Notes under the pieces: model-generated
The model's input: the letters and a program-made list of their open reading frames with translations, nothing else
Told to the model about the DNA's origin: nothing
Databases searched by the model: none
Shown: piece after piece, positions 48,934-64,000 of the stretch
Layout of the letters: each line of letters opens with the position of its first letter
Numbering within the stretch: position 1 is the stretch's first letter
Position numbers and translations under genes: made by a program
Source: the human T2T-CHM13v2.0 reference genome, Homo sapiens
DNA length: 64,000 nucleotides
Assembly (NCBI RefSeq): GCF_009914755.1
Contig: NC_060926.1
Direction: 5' to 3' (one strand)

Positions 48934-49219
48934 TATACAATATATTGTTATTAACTCTAGTTGCCGTGATATACAATAGATCTCTTGAACTTATTCCTCC
49001 AGTCTTATTGAAATTTTGTGTCTTTTGGCACAGACATCTCTCCTCTCCCCTCAACCCCCAGCCTCTGGTAACCACCATTCTCTGTTCCTATCTGTTCAAC
49101 TTTTTTACACGGCACATATAAATGAGATCATGTGGTATTTATTTGTCTTTCTATGCCTGGCTTATTTCACTTAGCCTAATGTCCTCTAGGTTCATCCATG
49201 TTGTTGCAAATGAGAGGGA

Positions 49220-49476
49220 TTTCCTTTTCCTTTCCTTTCTTTTCCTTTCCTTTCCTTTCCTTTCCTTTCCTTTCTCTTTCTCTCTTTCTCTCTTTCTGTC
49301 TTTCTCTCTTTCTTTCCTTCTTTCTTTCTTCTTCTTCTTTTTTTTTTTTTTTTTTTAAGAGACTGGATTTCACCATGTTGTTGCCCAGGCTGGTCTCAAA
49401 CTCCTGAGCTCGAGCAGTTCTCCTACCTTGGCCTCCCAAAGTGCTGGGACTACAGGCATGAGCCACTGTACCCGGC
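49220..49476 (-). mobile_element. FLAM / Alu monomer with CT-rich microsatellite tail
   Basis: (TTTCC)n/(TC)n followed by a left monomer. Confidence 0.85.
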
Positions 49477-50325
49477 TTCCTTTTTTTTTTGTTTGTTTGT
49501 TTGTTTGTTAAACCGAATGGTATTCCATTGTGTATATATACTACATTTTGAAAATCCATTCACCCTTGCTGAGGATTTAGGTTGATTCCGTATCTTGGCT
49601 ATTGAGAATAATACTGTAATGAACGTGGGAGTGCAAATGTCTTTTTGATGTACTGATTTCATTTCCTTTGAATACATACCCAGAAGTGGAATTCCTGGAT
49701 CATAGGGTAGTTCTGTTTTTAATTTTTTGAGAAACCTCCAAACTGTTTTCCATAATGGCTATAGTAATTTACATTTCCACCAACAGTGTACAAGGGTTCT
49801 CTTGCTCCACATCCTTGCTAACACTTGTTATCTTTTGTGTTTTCGATAATAGCCATTCTAGCAGGTATGAGGTAATATCTCACTGTGGTTTTAATTTGCA
49901 TTCCCCTAATGATTAGTGATATTGAGCATTTTTTCATATACCTGTTGGTAATTTATGGGTCTTTTGAGAAATGTCTACCTAGGTCCTTTTCCCATTTTTA
50001 AATTGGATTATTTGTTTTCTTGCAATTGATTGTTTGAGTTCCTTGTGCATTTTGGATATTAACTATTATATGTATGGTTTGCAAATATATTCTCTCATTC
50101 ATTGTCTCTTTGCTCTGTTGATTTTTTGCTTAACAGAGTCTTCTTAGCTTAGTGGAATGCCATTTGTCTTTTTTTTTTTTTTTTTTTTTTTGCTTTTGTT
50201 GCCTGTGCTTTTGTATTTTTAAAGAAAAAAAATCTTTGCCCTGATCAATGTCATGGAACTTTATTTAACTCCATGTTTTTTCCCAGTGGTTTTCAGTGTC
50301 AGGCCTTACATTTAAATCTTTAATT

Positions 50326-50627
50326 CTTTTTTTTTTTTTTTTTTTTGAGATGGAGTTTTATTCTTGTCACCCAGGCTGGAGTGCAGTGGCCCAGTCTTGG
50401 GTCACTGCAAGCTCCACCTCCCGGGTTCAAGCATTCTCCTGCCTCAGCCTCCTGAGTAGCTGGGATTACAGGCATGTGCCACCATGACCAGCAAATTTTT
50501 GTATTTTTAGTAGACAACAGGGTTTCACCATATTGGTCAGGCTGGTCTGGAACTCCTGACCTCAGGTGATCCACCCGCCTTGGCCTCCCAAAGTGCTGGG
50601 ATTACAGGCTGAGACACCACTCCTGGC
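50326..50627 (-). mobile_element. AluSp/Sq-like element
   Basis: Antisense dimer. Confidence 0.93.
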
Positions 50628-51899
50628 CTCCTTTAATCCATTTTGACTTGGTTTTTGTATATGTTGTGAGATGAGTGTCTAATTTCATTCTTCTGCAAAT
50701 AGAAATCCGGTTCTCTCGGTACCATTTATTGAAGAGATTGTCCTTTCCCCACTACGTATTCTTGGCATCTTTTTGAGGGCCAATTGATAGTAAATGTGCT
50801 TTTTTATTTCTGGGTTTTCTATTCTGTTCCATTGCTCTGTGTGTCTGCTTTGATGCCAGTACTGTGCTGTTTTGATTACTGTAGGCTATATTTTGAGATC
50901 AGGTAGTGTGATGCCTCAGGCTTTATTCTTTTTGCTCAAGATTGCTTTGCCTATTTGGGGTCTTTTGTGATTCTATATGAATTTTAGGATTGCTTTTTCT
51001 ATTTTTGTGAAAAATGTCATGGAATTTTGGTAGAGATTATATTGAATCTGTAGATTGCTTTGGGTAGTAAGGACACTGTTACAGTATTCCACAATCATGA
51101 ACATGGGATATCTTTCCATTTTTTGGTGTCTTCAGTTTATTTCATTAACATTTGTTGTGTTTTTCATTTTAAGTAGAGTTAGCATAATTTCTTTCTATTT
51201 GAATTGCATTTTTAGGCCATTTCCCCCATTCTGGTTTGTTTTATGTTGCTTTTTTTTGAGATGTGAAACATCACTGTGGTTCCAAAAGTCAGAACATATA
51301 AAAAGGCATATTAAGTGAAGTGTTATTCCACATCCATTTCTTTTACCTAGTTATCACCTGCCTCCCTTTCACTGTTCCCATCTACTCACTGTAGGTAGCC
51401 AGTCTCATTAGTTTCTAATTTACTGTGTTGTGTGTCTTTTTGCACAAATGATCGTATGTGTGTGTGTAACTCTTATTTTTTCTTTCTTTGTCATATAAAA
51501 GGAAACATACCATAGATTATCTTTTAGTTAATTCAGAAGCTCAGGAGTTGGTCAAAGTAGAACATTTCTGTGTGGTGAAATGAGTGGCCTCAACTCAATC
51601 AAGTTATTGGAGGGGAGAGTAGGAACTTCATCAGGTTATGGTCAAATTAAGCCTAGAACAGGAAGTAAGCCAGGCTTACCCAGGTATTCTGCCTTGGATT
51701 AAAAAGACGCTAAATTATTTGGTGGCAGGGATCTTAAATGATAACAATTTCTCTTTCCTGACTCTGCTCTAATCTAGACCTTTGTCCTCCAATCTAGAGG
51801 TTACCCTTTATGCTTAATGCACATTTGCTATCCTGGGGTCTCTTTTTTCTCTGTCGTTTTAGAAAATTCCTTTGCACTTTTTTTGTGCTGAGTCTTCTC

Positions 51900-53760
<1,861 letters not shown>

Positions 53761-54510
53761 TTTGAAGAATCTTGATTTTTTTTTTTTTTTTTTTTTATTT
53801 CACTAGCACTTAGCTTCAGACCCTGTTAGGTTCAGATTGCGTCTTGTCTCCTGTAGGCTTAAATCTCATTTGAAATCTCCTGTTGGCTTAAATCTCATTT
53901 GAAATTTTTAGGCCTTTATAATGTTGCGTTGAGTCTGTCCTACATGTCTACATGGCTAAGGGGTCAGCCTGAGACTTGAAGAGTCATAAGAATTAGGGGA
54001 GTCCCTTCTTCAGCTCTCTCCTCTTTTAGATTGCTACTGACCTCCACCTGTGGTCCTTTCTTCTAGCCAGGCGCAGCCTATGGAATTTGTATTGAAGATT
54101 TAGCTGCCTGCATTGCACCAACCCTGTGATGGTGGCCTGCCCTTGGGACAAAACTTCTATTTCCCTCCCCACAAATTTTATAAAAACTCATGAAATTCCC
54201 CCTACTAATACCAGTTACTTGTCCAGATTCCTACTCCTCCCAACAGCCTTCCTCCCTTTGTTTACCCTGCAGAATCTATAGGTAGTTGTTTCTGATTTTT
54301 TTCCAGGGTTTATAATTGTTAACCCAATTTGTTTTTAAGTCATTTTTCTGGCTTTGATGGCAATCATAGTCTTTCCCAACTTACTATTTTCATCAGTGAT
54401 TCACCTAGTGTGATATTGAAAAACTTATAGTAAGAGATGCGCCTGGAAGGATGGGTTAGATTATAGAGCTGCAGTGAGCAACCCTGAAGGGTTTTGAAAA
54501 GGCACTTTAT

Positions 54511-54838
<328 letters not shown>

Positions 54839-54839
54839 C

Positions 54840-55700
54840 TATGTTGTAGGTGAAACGTGGAGTGAAGAAAAGAGATTCGTGAGTGAGAGACCTGCTAAAA
54901 AACTATTGCCATCTTTATGGTACATACACCGTTGTAACAACCTGAATTCAGACAGTGCTAATTAAGTTGGAAATGAAGGAATCTACTTAGGACTCATTTT
55001 GAAGGTAGAATAGACAGAATTTGGTAATAGAGTACTAATGGAGAAAAAGAGATTAGATGTCTACTGTTGCTGCCCAGGGATGATAATGATGTCATTAATC
55101 TGGATGTAGTATGCAGGTGGAAAATATAGTTTGAGGAGAATAATAAATTGAATTAGAAACATGTGGCATTCAAAGTGCTTGCCGGTATTATTCAGCAGGA
55201 TGTTGGAAAGTTAAAGAAGAGCTTTGAAGAGCAGAGCTGGAGATGAAAATTTAAAACTCTTTAAAAGAGAAGTGAGATGAGGTATAAGAGTAGAATCTTG
55301 TAAATGGTAGAAACCGAAGAGGTAAGTGAAAAAAAGAGGAGTCTGTAAGGAAACCTGTGAATTGTAGAGAGAGAAAGAGAAGAACCACAAGACTGTTGTG
55401 TTCTGGAGGCCAAGGGTGAAGAATTTGTATTACAAAGATATAGCTGGTCAGTGGCATCCTGCACAAAAAACAAGCAAACTGAGAGAATGCCATTATTTAA
55501 GTAGTGAGGATTTTTCTTTCTAGGAATACAGAAAACTTTACTTCATTATAGAGAAGATGATAGACGTCATATTCCAAAAGAGATTAAAGAGTGTGTAATG
55601 GGGGAAATAGAGGTTGTGAGTCCAGACCACATTTTTAAACTTTGGCAAGGATGGGAATGAGAGAAATGGAATGATAGCTGGTAGCCTGAGGTGGGCAGAA
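54840..55700 (-). mobile_element. Degraded L2
   Basis: TTTTGAAGGTAGAATAGACAGAATTTGGTAAT; GAGCTGGAGATGAAAATTT. Confidence 0.55.
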
Positions 55701-56008
55701 GGGGAGCAGGGCCAGGTTCTTACATTGGTTGTGTGCTATTGGGAATACCCCAGTGGCAAGAATAATGGGTGTGTTAAAAGTTCTAGAGTAGATTAAAATA
55801 ACATGAAGAACACACATTAAGAGGGTTAGGTTATAAATATGTAGGGACATTTTCCCCTCTAAAATAGAAAGCGAAGATAGGTGCAGGTATGGAGAAGTTT
55901 TGTCTGGGAGAAGAGTGAGTCCATATAGGAGAGAGTTGGGAATGAGAGAGTTAAGAGTGAGGTTGATACTTCCGCTCTCAGTTATGGCATAGAAAATAAT
56001 TGGAAACC

Positions 56009-56209
56009 TGGCTCACTGCAGCCTCCACCTCTCAGGCTCAAGTGTTTGTCCTGTCTCAGCCTCCTGAGTAGCTAGGACTACAGGTGTGCACCCCTGTGCC
56101 TGGCTAATTTTTGTATTTTTTTGTAGAGACAGGGTCTTGCTATGTTGCCCAGGCTGGTCTTGTGAACTCCTGGCCTCAAGTGATCCACCCACCTTGGCCT
56201 CCCAAAGTG
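56009..56209 (-). mobile_element. AluJ-like internal fragment
   Basis: Alu sequence lacking both ends. Confidence 0.85.
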
Positions 56210-56619
56210 AAGAACACTTTCACCATATTAGAAAGGACAGGTATTAAGAAAATACAAGAGAATATTTTGAACAACATTCTACTCCCACCATGAAATGTTA
56301 GATGAAATTGAGAAATTCCTATAGAAATGCAAATTAATAAAATTGATTCAAGAAGAAATTTAAAAAATATGAACTATCTTATCTGTTTACAAGTTTTAGT
56401 TTTTTTCTTCTGATGCCTTTCTTTGGCTATGGTATCAAGGGAATACTGTCATAACAGAATGAATTCTCTATTTTCTGGAAGAGTTGTAAAGGATTTGATG
56501 ATATTTTTTTCTTTTGATGTTTGGTAGAATACACCAGTGAAGACATTTGAGCCTGGAAGATTTTAAATTAATAATTCTATTTATTTACTTGTTATATGTC
56601 TATTCAGATTTTCTACTAC

Positions 56620-56932
56620 TTTTTTTTTGGAGACAGGGTCTCACTCTGTCACTTGGGCTGGAGTTCAGCGATGTAATCACAGCTCACGCTCACTACAGCT
56701 TTGATCTCCCAGGCTTAGGTGATCTTCCCACCTCAGCCACCAGAGTAGCTGGGACTACAGGTGTATGCCACCATGTCCATCTAATTTTTTGTACTTTTTT
56801 TTTTTTTTTTTTAATAGGGTTGGGGTTTTGCCATATTGCTGTGGCTGTTCTCAAACTCCTGGGTTCAAGCAATCTGCCTGTCTTGGCCTCTGAAAGTGCT
56901 GGGATTACAGGTGTGAGCCACCACATCTGGCC
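56620..56932 (-). mobile_element. AluJ-like element inside antisense L1
   Basis: Diverged antisense dimer. Confidence 0.9.
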
Positions 56933-57084
56933 AAATTTTCTCTTTTTGACTCAGTTTTAGTAATTTTTATTTCTGGGAATTTGTCCATTTTTTTTCTAAG
57001 TTTATTGTATTCCTTTATAATCCTTTTAATTTCTGTAAGGTTTATAGAGATGTCCTCTCTTTCATTTCTATTCTTTGGACACCC

Positions 57085-57478
57085 TGTGGAGGTAGAAAAT
57101 AACCCTTCCAATTAACAGGTAGGATGTCTATGCTGGAAGCACTCCACACGCCAACAAAATTTGAGAGAAATTTTATTATTCACCCAAGAGACTTCTGGGG
57201 ATGGTAGGGTTAGTACAAGTGGGTCTGGCCTGCCTTGAGTTAGACAGAGGGAGTGGGTTATGCCTTTATAATGGCTAGGGTGCTGGGGAGTTCCCATGTG
57301 CAGGCTGAGGATCGGCAAAACTTGAATTTTCCCCTGGCGCCAAAGGCAAGGCACATGTGGACTTCCTTATTAGCCTGATCAGTTGTGGGTTCAAAAGGGG
57401 AGAAGTGAGGTGAGGCTTAACATAAGTCAGTGGTCAGACATCAAAAATTTAAAAAATGGAGTGAGACTCCTTATTACA
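57085..57478 (-). mobile_element. ERVL-class solo LTR (LTR47-like)
   Basis: Minus strand starts TGTAATAAGGAGTCTCACTCCATTTTTT...GATGTCTGAC...AAGCCTCACC...CCTTTGGCGCCAG. Confidence 0.65.
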
Positions 57479-57489
57479 ATTCTTGACTT

Positions 57490-58820
57490 TGGAATTAAAA
57501 GAAAATTTCCTTGTTCTTTCTTTTCTTCAGATTGTATAACGTTAATTCATCTACCTTCAAATTTATTGGTTATTTCTTCTGCCAGCTTAATTCTCCTCTT
57601 GAGCTTCTCTAGTGAATTTTTCATTTCAGTTGTTGTCTTTCCACTTGAAATTTCCATTTGGCTCTTTTTTATAATTTCTCTTTGTTAATATTCTGTTTGC
57701 TGAGTCATTGTCATCATAGTTTCCTTTATTTTAAAAGTGTTTTCTTCTAGTTCTTTGAACATATTTATAATAGCTGCTTTGAAGTCCTATTGTCTAACTT
57801 CAAAATCTAGGCTCCCCTAGAGATAGCTTTTATTGAAACTTGTCCCCTTCCATGTATGGGTCACGCTTTTCTGATTCTTTGCATATCTTATGAAAACTGG
57901 ATATTTCTGATAATATATTCTGTATTCTGATTTCCTTCTCCCCAGAGTTAGAGGTGGTTGCTCTTTTTGTTTGTTTAGTGACTTGGCTGGACTAATTAAT
58001 TCCATGGAGTCTGTTTCTCCATGGAGTGTGTGTGTGTGACTGCTGATGTCTCTGCTTAGCTCATCCTTTCTTGTTTTTATTTTTCAGTATGGCTGTCAAG
58101 TATTTGCCTCCTGGGTCAGCGTATCTTAGTGGTCAGCCTATGATTGGTCAGAGGTTGTGTTTAAATTCCTTGAAACAACGAGCTTCCCTTTGTCATTGGT
58201 TTTTGTGAGGCTTGGAGAATGCATTCAAAGTTCAGAAAGTCTGCCTGGGTTTTACTTTCTCCATTTGCAAGGCCTCATCTTTTTCCAGGAATGAGCAGCT
58301 TGCTGTGGCCCTAACATTTCTTTCCTTCATGTTTGCAGTCTTGTGCATGTGGACAGTCTTCCAGACCAGCAGGAAAAAATAGATTTTTATCAAGGCCCAG
58401 TCTGGCTGTCTCATTCCTTAGTCTCCACGTTGGTCTGCTGATCTGTTGCTTGCGCTGACTGGCATTGCAAACTCAAGTTAGCTGTAATATTGGCTTTCCC
58501 TCCTTTTTTGCCCTTGAAATCACTTTTTGACAACACCTATGGGCATGGAATTCTTCTCCAAATTAATTTAGCTCCCTCTGGCAGTGGAGCTTCCTGTCAT
58601 CACAGCTTGTCCTACCCTGGTAGCTTCTGTACCAAGGAATTGGGAGCGAGTGTGGGATGATAGGAGCCCCAGGCTAAAACACCACACTCTTCACTGTTCT
58701 TACCAAGATTCAGTAGATTTTCTTGGACCAGCACTTCTCAAATTTGTTGTAATGTTTTTGATCAATATCAAGATCTTTAAATAGTTTTAGCAATGTCAGT
58801 TTTATTGTTGCTTTAGGGGT
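57490..58820 (-). mobile_element. Old L1M ORF1/5' region fragments
   Basis: TTCTTTGAACATATTTATAATAGCTGCTTTGAAGTC; CAAGATTCAGTAGATTTTCTTG. Confidence 0.65.
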
Positions 58821-59293
58821 TAATATTTGTCAAACTCCTCATTCAACCGTCTGGATATCCTTTCCCCTGCCCCCTCCCTTTCTCTCTATCTTTCATCTCT
58901 GTGTGTCTCCCTGTCTCTGTCTCTCATTTTTGAACATTTAAATTTTATTCAAACTGAAATTTATTTTGGAATATGTTATGAAGTAGGGATGTATTGGTTA
59001 TTTTTTTAAAATGGTATTAAGTAGTGTCTTAATACTACTTGTTGATTAATCCATGTACTTCTTACTGATTTGTAATATAAATGGTTTATTTTTCTAATCT
59101 CATTGAGATTTATTTTAATTTTGCCCTCTTTTTTTTTCTTAATCAATAGTCATCTTTTGCTTGTTTTTCCCATCTTTTGCTTTCCATTGGCTCATCTTTT
59201 TCTCTCTCTAAACCTGTCTTTGGACTTTATCTCTTTGAGTTTCCTTCGCTATTCGGCTTCATACATTCCATTTGCTCTGATACTCGTAAGTAC

Positions 59294-59452
59294 TAAGGCT
59301 AGGCTAAGACAAGTGAGATGCATAAGGCACAAAAATTCTAGGAAGCTCTCACTCCTGGGTCCTGCAAGTGTGGGATTAGTACTCATAGAACTTTGCGTTT
59401 TCAAATTTTGCACCCTAAGTGCCTGGCTTGCCCCATTGTAGTCCTGGCCCTG
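59294..59452. mobile_element. MER96-like palindromic MITE
   Basis: GGCACAAAAATT...CTCACTC...TGCAAGTG...AAATTTTGCACCCTAAG...TAGTCCTGGCCCTG. Confidence 0.65.
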
Positions 59453-59903
59453 CCACTCATGCTTCTCACTAGTATATATTTGTTGTAACCTGACTTCTGT
59501 CCCAAATAGGCTTCATTTATTCCAATTTTTGAGCCTTTGCTATGTACTCTGCATTGTGCTAGGTTTTGGGGAATACAGAGGTTCTCAAGACACCGTTTAT
59601 TTCACCCAGAAGCCTTCTTCAGATTTGCCCTTAGTGAGGTCTAGTGCCTTTTCCCCATTCCTCATCCTTCCTGCCTTCTTGTACCATGTGACATTATTGA
59701 CCGCTATTGCCTGTTCATCCTAATGTCAGCCCAGCTCTTAAGAATGTATAACTATTTCCATGGTAGGACACCTTTTCTAGGGACCAGTGGGCTGTTGGGC
59801 AGTGTATCAGTGGCCCTCATTCTGGAAGTTAGTAAGGATTGGAAACTGGCCCGTGCTTTCAATGTGTCAGGGTAGGAGTGCCCAGGGACTTGTTCAGGCT
59901 TAA

Positions 59904-60555
<652 letters not shown>

Positions 60556-63442
60556 ATTGTTTGTTCATTTTCTACTTAGCATTTTATATACTCAGAATCT
60601 TTCCATCTCCTTCTAGTGCTTTGGTACCCAAATGTGGCCTTTACTGCCTGCCTAGCTGTCCAGCTTATTCTTGCCAATTTTGTTTTCTCAGTCCTGCGTT
60701 CTTCCCCCATTCTTTGCTGACTTGTTTTTAAAGTAGTTTCCTGGTATGACCCTGCTCTGCTTAGTGTTCTCATTGCTTGTTCATGAAAACAAACTCATCC
60801 ATTCATTTATGGAGCAGCTTTTGAGCACCTATTCTATCCTAGGTGCTGTGGGAGCTGCCAGAGTTACAATGACAAACCCAATCAAACATTCCTTGTCTCC
60901 CTGAGCTAAAGAGACAAGTTAGGTGTTACTCACACAAACTGGGATAACTGCTGTGAAGGAAAGATACAGATGCAGCTGATCTAGGGACACTGGAATTGAA
61001 ATCTGTCCCCTTGTCTCACTTACCTGGCAGTAACTCCCCTTCATTTTGAACTTCTGCCTGAATCAGGATTGACATGTAGTGCCCCATTTTCAATTCCAGC
61101 GCTTGTTTTTGGGTTGCTGGCAGTTTGCTCTCGACTCCTCGCCCCAACCAAGGCTGCCGCGTTTGTTTTCTTAGTCACTAGTGGTAGCATACCCTGATCA
61201 TGGATCTGTCCTCACTTGGGAGCTCTTTTCTCTTTTTTTTCTTAATGCCTGCCTCTGTTGATTCTTTTCCTACATCTTCATTAGCTTCTTTGTTGTATTT
61301 TATACTTCTTTACATTTCCTAAAAGTTGCCCTAACCCAGATTTTGTCAGGGTAAGAGTGCCCAGGACTTCTACAGGGATAATAGGCCTTCACAATGATGT
61401 CACGGGGAAGGGAATGTTGCTTGTTCGTTCCTTGTCCTATGCCCTCCTCTGTATCTGCGTACCCTTTCTTGGCAATCTTATCCATTCTTGAACACTCCGT
61501 GTTACCATCTTTATGCAAATGACTGGCTAACTTCTCTCTCTCTTTTGCTCCTGTTTTCAAGTATTTGGTGGATTGCCCCATGTGGAGGCATATAATACTC
61601 CAAGTAGAATTCATCATCTTCTCTAACTTTACCAACTCCCAGTCTCCTACCTAGAAATCTCACACAACCACTCCCACCTTGCTCACTTCCAGACATGCCT
61701 CGTTGCTAGATGGTGCCACTTTGTCCTGTGTAATACCATGGTAAGGGCCTCTTCTTTTCAGTGTCCTGAACTCAAGTTCGGGTCTTCCTTTCCTTTCACC
61801 TGTCTGTCCTGATTTTCTCCTAAGATGCATCTGCTGCTAGTATCTGTCAAGTCCAGATGACTCTGAGTCCTGTACCAGGTTAATTTTTCCTGAAACAATT
61901 CTAATCTGTTGTTTTTCTCTTCTGCTCATTCATGCTTTGAAAACTCCCTAGTGCTTTTGAAAAACTGGCCTAGTTTTTTAGACCTTCCAACTTGTTTTAA
62001 TTTCCTTGCCACTGCCTCCCTTCATATAGGCTGGACTCTATCCAAATGGAATTAATTTTGCGAGAACTCGCCTGTATTTTCTGTTTGCGCCTCTATTTTT
62101 ATTTCCTTTTGCCAATAGTATGCTTTCCTCACACTCTTAGTTCTTTAAAATCTCTCCTAAAGTACTCTCAGGTTTCCTGACCTGGAGATACTCTTTCTCT
62201 CCTGTCATCTGTACATTTATCCACATTTTAAAAAAACATAGTGCTTACCACTTATCCTTCATTCTGTCTAGTGTAGTGCCCTGAAGAAATATGTGTGAAA
62301 TTAACGAGTGGATAAAAGCATTTCTGTATTAAGCCCTCAGACAGTCTTGACTCCTCCATCTGCCTTTCCCATTCCCTTGCTGTTTATATAAGGCCATCTC
62401 TTTCTCTCCCTTCTTTCAACTGGATTGGCTTTATCTGTGAATCTCTTTATCTTTCCCTAAGTGGCCTATTATCCTTTGTCTCCATTGCTTTTCTTCTGCT
62501 GAGTTAGTATTAATTTCAATTTAAAGAGAAATTACATCATTTTGGTGAAGGACGTGTGTGGGAAATATAGAGGAAATGGAAGCTAGTGTTCAGAATGACA
62601 TCTTGATTCATTTTGTGGGAACTCAGGCTGCCCACAAAAATTTCAAATATAGACTTGACTCCTGGGCTGGTGGCCAGCAGAGACTAGAAAGTAGAAGTTG
62701 TGATGACATGTTCAGCATCCAGGTGGAAGGCCAGGGGCCAGCTGCAGGGCCCCACATTCCAGCCTGCTGATCCTGGCAGCTGCTCTTATATTCCTTAGAT
62801 ACAGCTGTTTGAGCTTCTGATGAGACAGCTGGTTTGAGGTGATGGCAGGTAAGAGTAGGGGAAGAGACGTCTAATTACAGTATTGCTGTGTTTTGAAAGC
62901 ATGTGAATCATCTGGGGCTCCCTGCATAGTTTGGGACGTCAAGTTGTGACAATGAATTAGGTTTTGTTGGTGGATTCTAAGGAATTGACTTACTTGGTTT
63001 CATAGAGGTATATCATTTGTCCGGAGTTGGACTTAGTAAATGCCACATATTGAGCCCCAGTTTAGTACCTATTCCATTACAGCTTTTAGATTCTAGATCT
63101 TTATTATCACTTTTCAAAACTATATTTCTTTATATTTTTGTGCATTTCACAAGCTGAATAGAACCGCAGGATTCCTTATTTTTCACATCATTGCCCCATT
63201 TGTGGAGATGTTTAGTTGAAGTGGCCCAAAGAAGCAGTCTAGTGGTACCTGTGAGGGTGAAGGCCTTGAAAAGAAACTTGAGACAGATGGTGTGCTTGAC
63301 TAACTGCCCCAGAGAATGTGATGCCAGAACCCAGGAGGGGCACCATGTTGCCTTTGCCATTGAACTACTAAATTTCTGAGAGGACAGAGGAGGCTACAGC
63401 TTAACCGCTCTCCAATTACCAATCTCTTCTTGGTTTCAGCGA

Positions 63443-63481
63443 ATGACAACAGAGCTGCTCAAGGCGGGAACTCTGAGCTAA
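63443..63481 (+). other. Upstream ORF MTTELLKAGTLS* in the DIS3L2 5'UTR
   Basis: ATG at 63443, TAA at 63479-63481; translation not demonstrated. Confidence 0.6.
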
Positions 63482-63532
63482 GCAGTGGAGGTTTCTCTGG
63501 ATCTGGAGAGAAGAGTGACCTTGGAGCCAATA

Positions 63533-63584
63533 ATGAGCCATCCTGACTACAGAATGAACCTCCGGCCCCTGGGGACCCCCAGAG
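63533..63584 (+). CDS. DIS3L2: DIS3-like exonuclease 2, first coding segment (MSHPDYRMNLRPLGTPR-G, phase-1 intron follows)
   Basis: Translation matches the DIS3L2 N-terminus as I recall it; ATG has A at -3; flanked by canonical splice sites. Confidence 0.95.
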
Positions 63585-64000
63585 GTAGTAAAAGGAAAAT
63601 GGAGTCTGCCTGAATAACTGGAGAACTGAAATGAAAGTGGAATGGGTGTGAAGTGGAGGCTGTCTTTTAGGACTGAGGGCTACTATAATTCTTTTAGTGA
63701 CCTGTTAAGTATTCTGTGTGATTTATTCTAGAATTAGATGTGGTTTCTTGCTGTCTTAATTTATTGTTGTATTAAGTACAGCTGTTTAATTTCCTCTAGA
63801 AAAGTGGCAATCTTTTAGTAATTTCTATTTTCAAAAAGTCTGTGTGTCTATAAATAGCAAAGAATACTGAACTCATTATTCAGATTATGTTCCATGCGTG
63901 TTGTTGTGCTGATTTAAAACTCAAGTCTCATCTGTGTATATTTTATTCATGTTTTCTTAGCCACTCTTTCCTTTTTGTTATTGTTAAAAATCACCATCAG

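Larger units (their letters stand above)
48430..51160 (-). mobile_element. L1MA-like 3' ~2 kb, interrupted
   Basis: TATACATTGTGGAATG, ATACCCAGAAGTGGAATT, GGTAGTGTGATGCCTC. Confidence 0.88.
63440..63584 (+). other. DIS3L2: DIS3L2 exon 2 (93 nt of 5'UTR plus 52 nt of CDS)
   Basis: Acceptor TTTCAG at 63434-63439; donor AG|GTAGTA at 63585. Confidence 0.92.

Noticed and set aside
56280-57070. Sense and antisense fragments of a similar L1 ORF2 region (possible twin-priming inversion)
   Set aside because: Both are highly diverged and cover the same consensus region without TSDs; independent old insertions are as likely.

Overview
Primate (human-like) genomic DNA containing the 5' end of DIS3L2 (3'-5' exoribonuclease, 2q37.1) on the + strand. 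A CpG-island promoter (~9990-10760) holds non-coding exon 1, with its donor at 10395. A 53-kb intron 1 follows. Exon 2 (63440-63584) encodes MSHPDYRMNLRPLGTPR(G), the DIS3L2 N-terminus. Most of the rest is interspersed repeats: about 50 Alu copies or fragments, old L1/L2/MIR, solo LTRs (MLT1, THE1, MST, MLT2A, LTR47-like) and DNA transposon fossils (Tigger3, MER47A, MER1, MER58A, MER2, MER96). No ORF in the supplied track is a credible gene. Best leads: (1) a candidate recursive splice site with a 30-nt RS-exon at 45035 that would rebuild exon 1's own donor; (2) a TSD-flanked, polyadenylated orphan retro-insertion at 23250-24485; (3) a uORF in frame with the CDS and separated from it by one stop; (4) a candidate 5'UTR cassette exon creating an overlapping uORF; (5) a micro DUP-INV-DUP palindrome. 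Repeat subfamily names and most repeat boundaries were assigned by eye and are approximate. The regulatory and splicing claims are untested hypotheses.
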